64,000 bases of DNA from Nemertoderma westbladi (taxonomy: Eukaryota > Animalia > Xenacoelomorpha): the NCBI GenBank assembly GCA_032718475.1, contig JAUCBJ010001574.1:2235-66234 (forward strand), read 5' to 3'. How positions within the stretch are numbered: the stretch's first letter is position 1; each line of letters opens with the position of its first letter. The notes under the pieces were generated by a model that did not search any database, was not told the DNA's origin, and saw nothing but the letters and a program-made list of their open reading frames with translations. This document shows positions 1-12,402 of this stretch, piece by piece. Made by a program: the position numbers and the translations under genes.

Positions 1-1142
1 ATGATGGGAGAAAGATCAGCCCCAACTCGACGATCTTGAACTCATTCTGCATAAGACAAACTCGATGAGTCAGATCTTGATTGCGACATATGAACTCCAG
101 GCCGACCCCATTGAACTCTAGGCTAACTCATATTATTTAGGACCCTTTATATATATATATATATTTGATTGCTTCTATAGTTCCCTTCATGGAACAAGGC
201 AGCAGTAAAAAGATTTTTCTTGTTTGTGTGGTGAAGGAAAAATTTAATTCATTTATACTGATTTATATGAATTACCTCTGGGGGAGAAATTTAATTTGTG
301 ATGTGTATTTAAATAACCTCAAAACGAAACCGCATATATGTTTGGTCAAAATTCAAAGCAAACACCAGGCAGTCATGCAGTGCAGTTTATTTTTGCAGGA
401 CAGAACTATTTTTCAAATTTCCAAAGTCTTGGCTCAGAAACCTTTTCTTTTATAACCATTTTTTTTACGAAATTTACCATGGGGGGAGTGTAATTGATTT
501 GTCACGGCTTCGTAATCAGCACTATAAAAACACACTCCCTCGTGATAATAATTTTAGATGCAGTATAAAAATTTCCATATCATTCCCCATCCACAACCCT
601 TATTCAAACAACCTATCATTGCCATCCAATATCCAACGTCCCTTGCCCTTTACAGTGACCCTCAAACACCAATAAACCCACCAGTCAGCAATATCTCCCC
701 TGGCAACTCTCCCAATTATCTCCACCCAATGGGAGAGCCTCACTCGCATTAGCCGGCCCAATCCTCTTATACATCAACCAGGGAATTATTATATCCAATA
801 ATAACTCCCAGTGACATAAAGTTCAGTGTATACGTTTATTGGACAGTTTACCTGTCAATTTCAATTATAACTTCAACGTGTATTTAACAGATTCTTGCTA
901 AAGAAAGACCACTATCCTTAGAAAGTGATAATTAGGGGTCAACTCCTTATTGACCCTGAATACCGGGTTTATAAGGGGCCACATTTCAATAATACAACAG
1001 TCTGTAACTCTTGGCCTTGTAGATGGCAGCCCTTGGCACCCTATCTTGGCTCTGTTCTCATCAGTCGGGCTGGTATGTTCCTATACCCACCTTTACTTCG
1101 CCTAATGTCGGTGGGGCTTAGGATAATAATAATAATAATTAG

Positions 1143-1250
1143 GATAATAAAGTACAACAACGAGTAACAATGAGTAACAACGTGCAACAATGAGCAACAA
1201 CGAGCAACAATGAGCAACAACGAGCAATAATGAGCAACAATGAGCAACCA
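1143..1250. repeat. 10-bp minisatellite (AACAATGAGC/AACAACGAGC), inverted relative of 5992-6718
   Basis: Tandem units read directly; includes the ATAATAAAGTACAAC variant, the reverse complement of the variant unit in the 5992-6718 array. Confidence 0.85.
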
Positions 1251-1871
1251 AAATAACAATAAATTTTGGTGGTAACCAAAACAATCAACGAAAGTTACGA
1301 CATGTTACAAGATTATGGGTCCGGTCACAAAAAGCTGAGGAAATAAGAGTCCGGTCAATAATACACAAGTAAAATATAAATCAAATATAAATCAAATATA
1401 TATCAAATATAAAGCTTCAATACGGTATTTAGAGTGTCCGGTTCGGTCAGTAGCCACTTCCCTGTGACTCCTGAGCAACTAACTGACTAACCTTAACCCA
1501 GTAACCTAAATAATAAATCAAATACAAAATAGATATGGCCTACCCCATCCCACAAGCTATACAGTAGTCTGTAATATAGAACGCTATGCAGACTTCAGGA
1601 CTGCCGGGCAATCAGGTCACTGTCGAACTGTATAAAATACGAAATAATACTACGAAAACCAGTTCACACTTCACTTCACAGTACCGTACATCAGATAGTC
1701 AGAACCAGATTATAAATTAAGGGGCGAGAGGGCCCTGAAACCGCATTGTATGTACCGACAATAGAACTACATGACTTTACGGCAATTCATTAATTATCTC
1801 CAGCATTAGGTTTTGTTAGTACTGCGGTACCGGTAAGTTTCAACGACACTATCCGAACAGAACAAGACTGA

Positions 1872-2292
1872 ACAAGCGGGTCCCGGAAGGAACATTGACT
1901 GAATGATTCCATGGAGGGAAATTTAAATGTAATAGTTGACTACTATCGCCAGTTGAGTTAGACACTAACACATTTAGGCAGTTAGGTATTTGTATTATAA
2001 CAATAAATGTATTTCAGTGTTATTGTCATCGACAACTTTTAATATTGAATGGAAGACTCATCCACATCCTGTAGTATTTGTGACAAATTATTTTCATGTG
2101 TCGGTAATTTAAACAAACATCGTAAAACTGTTCACGATCAAGAAGTTGTTACCGTTAGCGGTCGTAAGAGGAAATGCGAAGGAAGCGAAGATGACTCGTC
2201 GCCATCGGCAGTAATAGACTGCATGGTGTGCTTGTCATGGTGTGTGGTACCACGTTCACCAAGAAGAGTAACTTATATGTACATCAACGAAC
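1872..2292 (+). pseudogene. Truncated 5' end (upstream region plus first C2H2 finger) of a MULE-type transposase gene; inverted duplicate of ~5390-5794
   Basis: ORF 2049 MEDSSTSCSICDKLFSCVGNLNKHRKTVH is the same as ORF 5618(-); nucleotide near-identity extends upstream to AAGCGGGTCCCGGAAGGAAC. Confidence 0.85.
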
Positions 2293-2542
2293 GTAACCGT
2301 CAGGGTTGATTAGTTGCTTGAGATCTTCTTCATCAAAGTCGGCGAACGCCAATACGGTGTATCCGTCAATTAGTCTTCCGGTCTTCCTATCTGTAGATCC
2401 GTCGTAGGATAGTGATGATATTGCGGGCCCATGTATCTTGGTTATAGAATTATATTCTAGAACTTTCGCCTGGAAACATGGCGTTAAATAATAAATATTA
2501 ATATGAACATATAGTGCTCATAATATATATAGCGCATTTATT

Positions 2543-2926
2543 GATGGGATGGGATGGGATGGGATGGGATGGGATGGGATGGGATGGGATGGGGTGGGGT
2601 GGGGTGGGGTGGGGTGGGGTGGGGCGGGGCGGGGCGGGGCGGGGCGGGGCGGGGCGGGGCGGGGCGGGGCGGGGCGGGACGGGACGGGACGGGACGGGAC
2701 GGGACGGGACGGGACGGGACGGGACGGGACGGGACGGGACGGGACGGGACGGGACGGGACGGGACGGGACGGGACGGGACGGGACGGGACGGGACGGGAC
2801 GGGACGGGACGGGACGGGACGGGACGGGACGGGACGGGACGGGACGGGACGGGACGGGACGGGACGGGACGGGACGGGGCGGGGCGGGGCGGGACGGGAC
2901 GGGACGGGACGGGACGGGACGGGACG
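2543..2926. repeat. Compound pentanucleotide microsatellite (GGGAT)n(GGGGT)n(GGGGC)n(GGGAC)n
   Basis: Read directly. Confidence 0.97.
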
Positions 2927-3880
2927 GTCGCGAAGCCACGAAGTTGGCGGAGCCTTAGCGAATTGACACTGTTAGGGGGTGGGTCAATTTATGCAAATAG
3001 TTGTCGTCGTCGTCGTCGTCGTCGTTGCCGTCGTCGTCCTCGTCGTCGTCGTTGTCGTCGTCATTACGATTTTGACATGCTAATAACTTTGTCGGATTTA
3101 AAGCTGCCAAGTTGAAAATTTGTAGGTATCAATATGAGCAAAAGTTGAGATTTTTGAGAGACTTTCAGACACCATCAGTGCAATGGTCTCCCGCTAGAGG
3201 GCCACATGTCTAAACATTAAATGGCCACCCATTTCTTTGCTTTTAATCCGTTTAAGCTGAAACTTGGGAAGTATGTACTAGACCATTAGCTGTAAATTTC
3301 AAAGGAGGCTAATCTGTCTGCAGTTCTCCAGTCTGCCGCTAGAGGGCGAAATGTCCCGAATGTGAAATTATTCTTCCATTTAGTTGTTTATGATCTGATT
3401 ACGCTGAAACTTGTCATATATGTACTAGATGACATCCTGAGTCTTTGTGTGGATTGTAATCGGTCCGAAGTTTTCCAGTCTGCCGGTAGAGGGCCACATG
3501 TCTAAACATTAAATGGCCACCCATTTCTTTGCTTTTAATCCGTTTAAGCTGAAACTTGGGAAGTATGTACTAGACCATTAGCTGTAAATTTCAAAGGAGG
3601 CTAATCTGTCTGCAGTTCTCCAGTCTGCCGCTAGAGGGCGAAATGTCCCGAATGTGAAATTATTCTTCCATTTAGTTGTTTATGATCTGATTACGCTGAA
3701 ACTTGTCATATATGTACTAGAAGACATCCTAAGTCTTTGTGTGGACAGTAATCGGTCCGGAGTTTTCGAGTCTGCCGCTAGAGGGCGAAATGTAGGAAAG
3801 TGATAACCTTCGCGAATTCCTTGATCTTAATCTATTTAAGCTGAATTTTGGAATATACAGTACCGGTATGTACTAGAAGA
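2927..3880 (+). mobile_element. Helentron-associated (HINE/DINE-1-like) non-autonomous element with (GTC)n and a 145/147-bp core tandem repeat; right end missing
   Basis: Shares left end, (GTC)n tract and first core unit with the complete copy at 13988-14508; core motif recurs at 3191, 3336, 3483, 3628, 3775. Family assignment is from architecture only. Confidence 0.65.
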
Positions 3881-4227
3881 ATTTCTAAGCCGATGTTCCG
3901 AGGCTCAGAAAAGGTAAAACAAAAACCGTAATGCATTGCGCGGTTTTCCATAGGCCTCTGTACAAGATAAAATGAAAATCGCTCTGATTGGCTGAGCGAG
4001 CTGAACAAAGAGATGTTCCACGTTTACAGTAAATCAGCTGACAGATTTCGTCATCTGAGTTCCAGTCTTTTAGAGTATTAGGCGCATTGCGGCAGAAAAT
4101 GGCTTGTTATGTCCGCTAAAACACCCACACGGTACATTGCGGAGAAAATGGCTTGTTATGTCCGCAAAAACACCTACACGGTATATTGTGGAGAAAATGA
4201 CTTGTTATATCCGCAAAAGCTTTTACA
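3880..4227 (-). mobile_element. Bel/Pao LTR 5' (U3) fragment
   Basis: Reverse complement starts TGTAAAAGCTTTTGCGGATATAAC and is near-identical to 17824-~18115; it cuts off the MULE transposase. Confidence 0.9.
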
Positions 4228-5618
4228 CACAACCTCAGTTAGGCACCGATGAAACACTTCTTTCTCCTTTATTTCAAGTAACACTCTTAAAGTCTTGTAA
4301 ACTTCGCTCTTAAGTAAAGAATCGCCATCAATTTTGGACAACCCCTTTCTCCATGCTCTATCAATGTGCCAAATGGACCATAATTTCTTAGCCAGTTCAC
4401 CCATTATTGCTTCCCAAGCGTTAGCATAGGCCTCGGCCATATCTGTCATGATTATAACCTCTGGTATTGAACCGGCTCCACTTTCCTTTACCACTTTGAG
4501 AAATACTTTCATTGCTTCAGTGTCAACTCTGTTGCTGTAGCAAAATGCTGCAGGAAATCCCTCAGCATGGTCATCAACTACAAGGAGTGTTGTAAGCTGG
4601 AAATCATACTGATTTAGTCAATGTGTCGAATCGAGAGCAACCTCACAGCCTGGCTTACCAAACTCTTTTAACATATAAAGCTGAAATTCAGTCATTATTA
4701 TCAACATGAAGTCATCCTCTAGTAAACCGTTGTTGACTTCATCCTTGTCACCTTGATATTTTATATATCTAACCAGATTTTCGCCGCTATTTCTAGTCAT
4801 CTGTACCCATGCAGCAACGCTTTCAGCATCATTGCTATGAAATACATACGAACTCTTCAGTCCAAAATCACGCGCAATGTTTTTTATATCTTGCCGATTA
4901 ATAAGGTGCAATCTAGAAACTGACGAATTGTCTAATGATGTTCGTATCGAATCTAATACGTCGCCCATAGACACACCAGCAGATAGTTTACCAGCAACCT
5001 CGACCCTCTGCTCCGTTGTTAACCTTAAGTGACAAAGATCGTCTTCATGCCCAGCGTGATTTGGGCGAAACATTACCTCAACAACACCTGATTTATAAAA
5101 CTTGGCTGTAAGACCAGAAGGGCACACAGAATTAATTTTTACAGATTCCTGAATCTTCAGTTCCTTTTTTAAACTCCCATTACTCTCATAATATCCGCTT
5201 CTATAGCAGACGAAATACCGTATTTCGGTTTCACTGAAAACTTTTGGACCAGTTCTCGCAACGTAACGCTGGTTCGTTTTGGCTTCTTCATCAGACTTCC
5301 ATTTAAAAAAATCTTCCTTGCCGTTAAACGTTAATTTCTTAGCATCAGGTGGAATAATTTCTATATGGCTATTGACTCCATGTTTATTGATCGTTGATGT
5401 ACATATAAGTTACTCTTCTTGGTGAACGTGGTACCACACACCATGCAGTCTATTACTGCCGATGGCGACGAGTCATCTTCGCTTCCTTCGCATTTCCTCT
5501 TACGACCTCTAACGGTAACAACTTCTTGATCGTGAACAGTTTTACGATGTTTGTTTAAATTACCGACACATGAAAATAATTTGTCACAAATACTACAGGA
5601 TGTGGATGAGTCTTCCAT
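4228..5618 (-). pseudogene. Decayed Mutator-like (MULE) DDE transposase with N-terminal C2H2 zinc fingers
   Basis: Two C2H2-type motifs, then CPSG...NHAGH, ALDSTH, IIMTDMAEAY and WHIDRAW motifs typical of MULE transposase domains; broken by stops and frameshifts and truncated by an LTR at 4227. Confidence 0.8.
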
Positions 5619-5991
5619 TCAATATTAAAAGTTGTCGATGACAATAACACTGAAATACATTTATTGTTATAATACAAATACCTAACTGCCTAAATGTGTT
5701 AGTGTCTAACTCAACTGGCGATAGTAGTCAACTATTACATTTAAATTTCCCTCCATGGAATCATTCAGTCAATGTTCCTTCCGGGACCCGCTTGTAAGCC
5801 TGATAGATTGAAATCAGGTAAACTGATAAATATTTGTAGGCCTACCGGTCCCGGTATAGCAGTATTGTGCACCATCTTGATGACATTGAGGGTATGGAAG
5901 CATTTTTTATTAAGTTCTTGGTTGGGAATTTATTTATATCCTACATACAGACATATATATTCGGGATTACTGGGATACATTATACTGCTAG

Positions 5992-6718
5992 TATCATTGT
6001 TGCTCGTTGTTGTACTTTATTAATGCTCGTTGTAGCTCATTGTTGCTCGTTGTTGTTCATTTTTGTTCGTTGTTGCTCATTGTTGCTCGTTGTTGTACTT
6101 TATTATTGCTCGCTGTTGCTCATTGTTGCTCGTTGTTGCTCATTGTTGCTCGTTGTTGTACTTTATTATTGCTCGCTGTTGCTCATTGTTGCTCGTTGTT
6201 TCTCATTGTTGCTCGTTGTTGCTCATTGTTGCTCGTTGTTGTACTTTATTATTGCTCGCTGTTGCTCATTGTTGCTCGTTGTTTCTCATTGTTGCTCATT
6301 GTTGTTCGTTGTTGCTCATTGTTGCTCGTTGTTGTACTTTATTATTGCTCGCTGTTGCTCATTGTTGCTCGTTGTTGTACTTTATTATTGCTCAATGTTG
6401 CACATTGTTGCTCGTTGTTGCTCATTGTTGCTCGTTGTTGCTCATTGTTGGTCGTTGTTGCTCATTGTTGCTCGTTGTTGCTCATTGTTTTTCGTTGTTG
6501 CTCATTGTTGCTCGTTGTTGTACTTTATTATTGCTCGTTGTTGTACTTTATTATTGCTCGCTGTTGCTCATTGTTGCTCGTTGTTGTACTTTATTATTGC
6601 TCGTTGTTGCTCATTGTTGCTCGTTGTTGCTCATTGTTGCTCGTTGTTGCTCATTGTTGCTCGTTGTTGCTCATTGTTGCTCGTCGTTGCTCGTTGTTGG
6701 TCATTGTTGTTCGTTGTG
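5992..6718. repeat. 10-bp minisatellite (TTGCTCGTTG/TTGCTCATTG) with interspersed TACTTTATTA variants
   Basis: Read directly; explains the Cys/Leu-rich ORFs in all three plus frames. Confidence 0.95.
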
Positions 6719-7514
6719 CATTTTAGCATCTACCTTTCATTAGTGCATGCGCCCTCTGCCCGTAGGCTCATTGGAGCAACCTACGGTCAAACATCTGAGT
6801 CGTAGGACAAAGTAGCAGCCATAGCCAACTTCCTGCATCCAATCGGTCCCGCCCCGGTTTGGACACCGAAAGTAACCTGGTGTTTGCACTATTGCCAAGT
6901 TTCTAATAGCGTTAAGCCGCACCAAGTATTTTACGACTTATTTTCAAATACTTTATTCGACTAAAACCCTATTTTTACTAAAAACACGACTTTATTCCAT
7001 TTAGACTATTTTTCCATTAAACCTTTACAGACTGTAAATTACTTTAGCACAGAAACGACTAAATACTATATTTTCTGTTCTATCCTGTTGGTTACAATTG
7101 TTTGGATTGTATTTTTTGTACTATTTTTCGAGGCTATACTTTGGATCCTAACGAACACCCCTCACCCGGTTTCTCTTTTTCCACCTTCCCAGAGGTTTTT
7201 CTGTGGTGTTACGTAGCGTACATTATTAGTATCCAAGGAAGACATTAATAACAACTGAAAAATATAAATCACGGTGTTTTTGTACTATCATTGTAAATTA
7301 CTAGTCGTCGAAGGACCGTGTTTTATGCGGGTTAATTCAAGTCACTCATCTCGACCGAGAAACCAAAACAGTAAACGAAGTGTGTTGAGATACTTTTATA
7401 AGCTGTTTAGGAGATTATCGTGCTGAAGCCATGAGATATCCTTTACAATGGGATTCATTACAAACTAGTACACAACCTTCGAAGGACATTCATTTCAACC
7501 TAGGATAGAATTAT

Positions 7515-8608
7515 TGTTCGCGCTTTCAGACCTTTAGCAGTTTAACCTGCCAAATTTAGATGTCTTCTAGATTATAAATCGACTTTAGCCTATGACGAGT
7601 ATTTGATACACTACATTAGCCGAAGCCAGTCTATGCGCGACCATTCACCCGCTGGATATACCCGGGAGACTGGATTCGGAAGCTTTGACCTTATTGCGGT
7701 GTAGGCCTACTGTATTATTCGACTGATAGTTAATATATAATGTCTGACAAATATTATTCACTTTCGGGAAATATCAACAGTTCCTTTAGGACGTGGCGCT
7801 CTAAATATGTAAACAGAGTTATGACTTACACTAGACACAACGGGATGGCTATGGATTCACGTATAAAGCGCATTCTTTAGGAGATGCTTTGTTATCAGTC
7901 ACAATCATGCACACTACCGCACAATGCTGCACACCGATCTGCCGACCTTCACTAATTTTAGTCACATATAAAGAGAACAACAACCGACACATGTAGTGCC
8001 TGTGAAATAGCATTAGATTCACTCCAAAACCACTTTAATGTAAGTCGCAATTGCTATATGTAACCGGTCTCTTACCTTCAGTATATCAAGAAGATTGGGG
8101 GTTTTATGATTATTTATAGATATTATCCAAATATAATAATATTCCATCAACTGATATAATTAATAACCGACAGTAAATAGCAGTAAAATTGCGGTGTTTG
8201 TAGGTGACAATATGATTTGCATTGATATGCAGAGTGTTGAGTTGGTATGGTTTGATTAGTTTGTGGTTTGATTTGTGGTTTGATAACAGTTATACATTTC
8301 TATGACCAAAGCCTACTAATGTTTGGCTAAAGCCTGAAACACAGTAATTCCAAAGCCGGTCTTCTGGCTGTGGACAAAATACACATACTGACTCAATTGC
8401 ATGAGTTTCTGTATACAATCTCCAACACAGAGTGAAAACCGCTCTGATTGGTCGACCGAACAAAGAACGAACAAAGAACAAAGAAAAGTTACACGTGGAC
8501 ACATCAGCTGTTAGATGTCGTCATGGTAACTACACTGTATCAAGAGGATTTTGGCTTATTGCGACTTTGCGGGGAAAATAACTAGCTAGATCCGCAAAAG
8601 CCTTTACA
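7515..8608 (-). repeat. 3' LTR of copy A (1094 bp)
   Basis: Element-sense termini TGTAAAGGC...GCGCGAACA; PPT-like TGGGAGCGG at 8609-8617. Confidence 0.92.
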
Positions 8609-8686
8609 CCGCTCCCAGAAAATGGGATTTAATTCTATAAAATATAAAAAATCACAGTTTCTAAAATATAAAAATACTCTAAACAG

Positions 8687-9419
8687 TTACTTTTTCTTGC
8701 GCGGACGGCGTTTACGCAGTTTTTTGAGGCTAGCAAGAGTCCTTTTCTCTTTGGGGCGAGCCAGTTTACTAGGAGGGCTATAACCCTTGGGTGAAGGGTG
8801 CAATACAATTGCATCAGAAGGTTTAGGGTTATGGTCGGTGTATCCGCCAGTCGAGGTACCCGGTTGATCAGTATCAACCTCAGTGGAACGAGGTCGAACA
8901 ACCTTGAGAGCGTGTTTTGAGACAGCAGCTCTTACTGGTCCCTGACGGGTCGTCTGAACGATAGTGGTAGGTGGACCGTGTATAGTGAGAAATTTCCTCG
9001 GTTTGATGATTCTTTCCAACTCGCGTTCTCGAGCTCTATCGGAATCGATATGCTTCTCCTCGAGCTGATTTTCCTCCGCTTGTCGTTGAAAACATTTGTC
9101 CAAACTCTTGCAGAAAGTAGAGCCATCCAAGTTCGATATCTTCTTAGAGATTCTGGATTTCCTGATCGAACTGAGATAAAGCTAATTCGTTTACCGCTTG
9201 GACTTGTTGCTGCAATTTACGTTTCTCTAAACAATTGTAAGTTCCTTTTCCGATTTTCTGCCGAATAGCGTCTAACGCGTTTCGCACAACGCTCTCTTCG
9301 ACTTCAGTAACGGGTTGTATCGGGTTTAAGCCTGGACGGTTGTACGGGTTAAACGGCGATATTAGATGACCGCGTCCTAATCCGGCTAGGTAGGGTTGGC
9401 AAATATCTAGTGAGCCCAC
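8687..9419 (-). pseudogene. Disrupted extra 3' ORF of the Bel/Pao family with a Lys/Arg-rich C-terminus; function unknown
   Basis: ORFs 9144-9419 and 8687-9130 align codon-wise with ~47370-47881 (KRKLQQQVQAVNELALSQFD vs KRKLQQ*VQSINKLALSQFD; LASLKKLRKRRPRKKK vs LASFKKLRKSRPRKKD). Confidence 0.6.
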
Positions 9420-11079
9420 TACCGGATATCCTACCTGGTATAATTGCTGGTCTGGATTGATGTTGCTTGTTGTTGGTTGTTTCTAGAATGTCTAGCAAAT
9501 AGAATGGAATGAAACGAATATACGAATACAGCTTCCTTAATCTCTCGTGAGCACTTTTTTTTTACTGGTTTTACAACTCCAATGTCGGAATCAGTATCAT
9601 TTATTCGAGTGTATGATTTTCCAACCAACGAATATACAACGAGTAAGATAATGAAGAAATTATTAAGGAAATAACACAATTTCAGAGTGAGAACAAAAAA
9701 ATTAGATATGGTATCAATATATTACCATGAAGATTACAAGTGATGAATTTTAATAAAAACATTCAGTTATATATAATTTCTGAATATGTGATGTGGCATA
9801 ATCAACGTTGAAGAGATGGGATGTGGCATAACCAACGACGAATAAGAAAAGAGATGGGATGCAATGTGGATGAATGGTTGGTTGGTTGGTTGCGTGGATA
9901 GGAAATACGCGAACGAATATGAATCATTGGGTTGTGCGTAATAATAATCAATAATCAATAATTATAATAAAAACGCGCGGTATAATGTTAGTAGTAGGCT
10001 TTCAATATGCCGCAGATGCTGAGGGTTAGGTTAGGTTGAGTAATAACAATGGAAATGTGAGAACATGTACGTGACGCGTAGCGGAATTTCATGTATCATA
10101 CTGGTTGGTTGGTTGGTTGGTTAGTTTGGTGACAGCAGTTGAGTAGCTCTAGCGGTGGGTAAATCGTTGAGTTGGCAATCAATATAATATAATAGCTCGG
10201 TGTGACGTGGTATATGCGTGGTGTGCGTAGATGGCCACGTCGTCCATGACTGGCTCTATCATCGTTGTCATCATATACAGTATGTGGTAGCGTGGCGAAA
10301 AGGGGAGTAACCGGAGAGCTAGGCAAGCAAGCATCGCCGTTGGTTGGTTGGTTGGTTGGTAGGTAACAGCAGTCGAGTAGCGATGGGATGGGTATGTGGG
10401 GGCTAGCCATGCATCGTGAGGTTAGGCTACGCAAAGATGAATATGCAACGATTGGTTGATGCAACGACGCGAATCAATACTGATGGGTGGTAACAGCTGT
10501 CGAGTAAAGCGGGCATCGCGAGGTTAGGCTACGTGTAGAAGAATATCGGTGATTGGTTGATGGCAACGACGCGAATCAATACTGATGGTGACAGATGGTC
10601 ATTAAACACCGTAATTTAGCTCCGAAATTTGGCATTTTGAATAGTCCTCCGAGATATCTCCAGCCCAAGCTAGGGAGGACTATGGTGAGGAACCCTCATC
10701 CTCCACTACTATTGTGAGTCAGACAAAATAGAGTATTTATTTAAATAACTAATTAATTGAGTATTGATTATGCGTTCATATAATTTACTGAATAGTGGTA
10801 AATAGTGGCTTATTCTGTACATACATTTATATATCTAGGCCTCTTGTGCTCTTAATTTTTGCTTCATTTTTTTCCTTCTTTTTTTTTTCATACATACATA
10901 TATTAATCTGTCTGTACTATTGTGTTTTAATCAATATGTACGATAATAATAATAATAAAAATAATAATAGAAATCGGGCGGTAATTGTTTTTATCAGTAG
11001 AGTCTCCTGACTTGTTAACTTATGTAATTTTTGCGTGTTTTAGTGTTGTGGGGAAGAAGCCATGTTGTACTAATAAATT

Positions 11080-12402
11080 TATTAAGCAAGTTAAGTGAGG
11101 TGCTAGATCGTATGCGGCCATTTTTACTAATTTAATCGGAAAAGTGTCGTTAGTGGCGCAGTTATTGTCCAAATCTATAATATTATATATTACTTCAATT
11201 TCGGTTGTTTCTAGTAAATAAAATGAGTTTGTCTTGCGGTGTTTTATAAAACGTGTGGAATTTCTGTAATTACGTGGTATTTTTGCAGCTAATTTTGAAC
11301 CTACCGTAGCAAAGTGCTCGTTAAAAATATTTGCAATTTATTTTGGGTTGGTTATTTCATTAGTACCTAATGGTGTTGTATTTGTTAATTTTTTGGGTGT
11401 ATTTAAATTCTTTTTTAATTTATGTTTATTTTTATCAAATTGTGATATGTGTATTTTTTTTCTGCTGATCTAAGAATATTTGTGAGTTGGTTGCGGTATA
11501 TTTTGTATTGTTGTTGGTTTTCTGATGTAGGATTATCGAGTTGCTTCACGTATAAATTTTTTTTATTGTTGATTGTACAAGAGCTGGTGTCATCCACTGT
11601 TTTTTTGGAATTTAATTTTTACTTAGTGGTTTTTTTGGTAAGTGTTTGCCTGCAATCCAATTTAAGTCTTTATAGAAAGCTTAAATTTTTTTTTCTATTG
11701 GTGTATTAGGTTCCTTATATGTCCAACTCTGGTTTTTTTGTATATCGGAAAGAAATCTGGTTTGGTTGAATTTTGAATAATCATACATATTTAGTTGGCA
11801 TGAGTAATTTTGTATAAAAACAAATGTTGCTAAGTGGTCAGTTGTTCCTAATTGGCCAGAGAATACACCAGATGAGATTAATTTATTACATATGTTTGTT
11901 GATATGTGGTCTGTTATTGTTCTAGAATATGGTGTAATTCTCGTTGATTTGTTGATAAGTTGTTCTAGACCATTAGATTCTAGGATTTCGATGTAATTAT
12001 TGGGTGGATTGGAGCGTTTTAGTAAATCTATGTTAAAGTCACCTGTTAGCGCTATGTCTGTATAGTGTTATTAGTCAGTGTAGATAATAATGTGTTTAAG
12101 TTTTCATTGAAATCTGAGATTTTGCACGAGTCGGCTCTATATATTGTACCAACGAGAAGTGGTTTCATGGGTGAATTTTTATTTCTTTTCCTAGAGATTG
12201 TGGCCCAAGTGGATTCACAGTATGGTAATGTAATAAATATCCTTAATTTATGTCACCGTTAGTTCGTTTTTTTATATAAATTGCAGTGCCACCCCGGTTT
12301 TTCCTGGCATTCGACCTGTTTGTAGTGTAGGTAGTCTAAATTGGAATCATCAGTTAGGAAAGTTTCTGTAAAAGTTGGTATATCAAATTGATGGTTAAGT
12401 GT
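11080..12402 (-). mobile_element. Decayed CR1/L2-group LINE ORF2 (APE endonuclease and linker)
   Basis: Minus-strand translation gives LLVGTIYR, LTGDFNIDLLK, TRITPYSRTITDHI, DHLATF and YKIYRNQLTNILRSAEKKY; left boundary approximate. Confidence 0.75.

Larger units (their letters stand above)
7515..10600 (-). mobile_element. Bel/Pao copy A: 3' portion only (3' region, PPT, 3' LTR); inner boundary approximate
   Basis: LTR preceded in element sense by ATCCCATTTTCTGGGAGCGG, as in copy E; 8609-9420 is homologous to ~47360-47959. Confidence 0.8.

Noticed and set aside
2295-2440. SAM-domain-like peptide on the minus strand (IDGYTVLAFADFDEEDLKQL)
   Set aside because: Too short and isolated to support without a search
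2514-3115. Gly/Arg-rich ORFs (GRDGT repeats) on both strands
   Set aside because: Translations of a stop-free pentanucleotide microsatellite
5867-6805. Long Cys/Leu-rich hydrophobic ORFs
   Set aside because: Open in all three frames because of the 10-bp minisatellite
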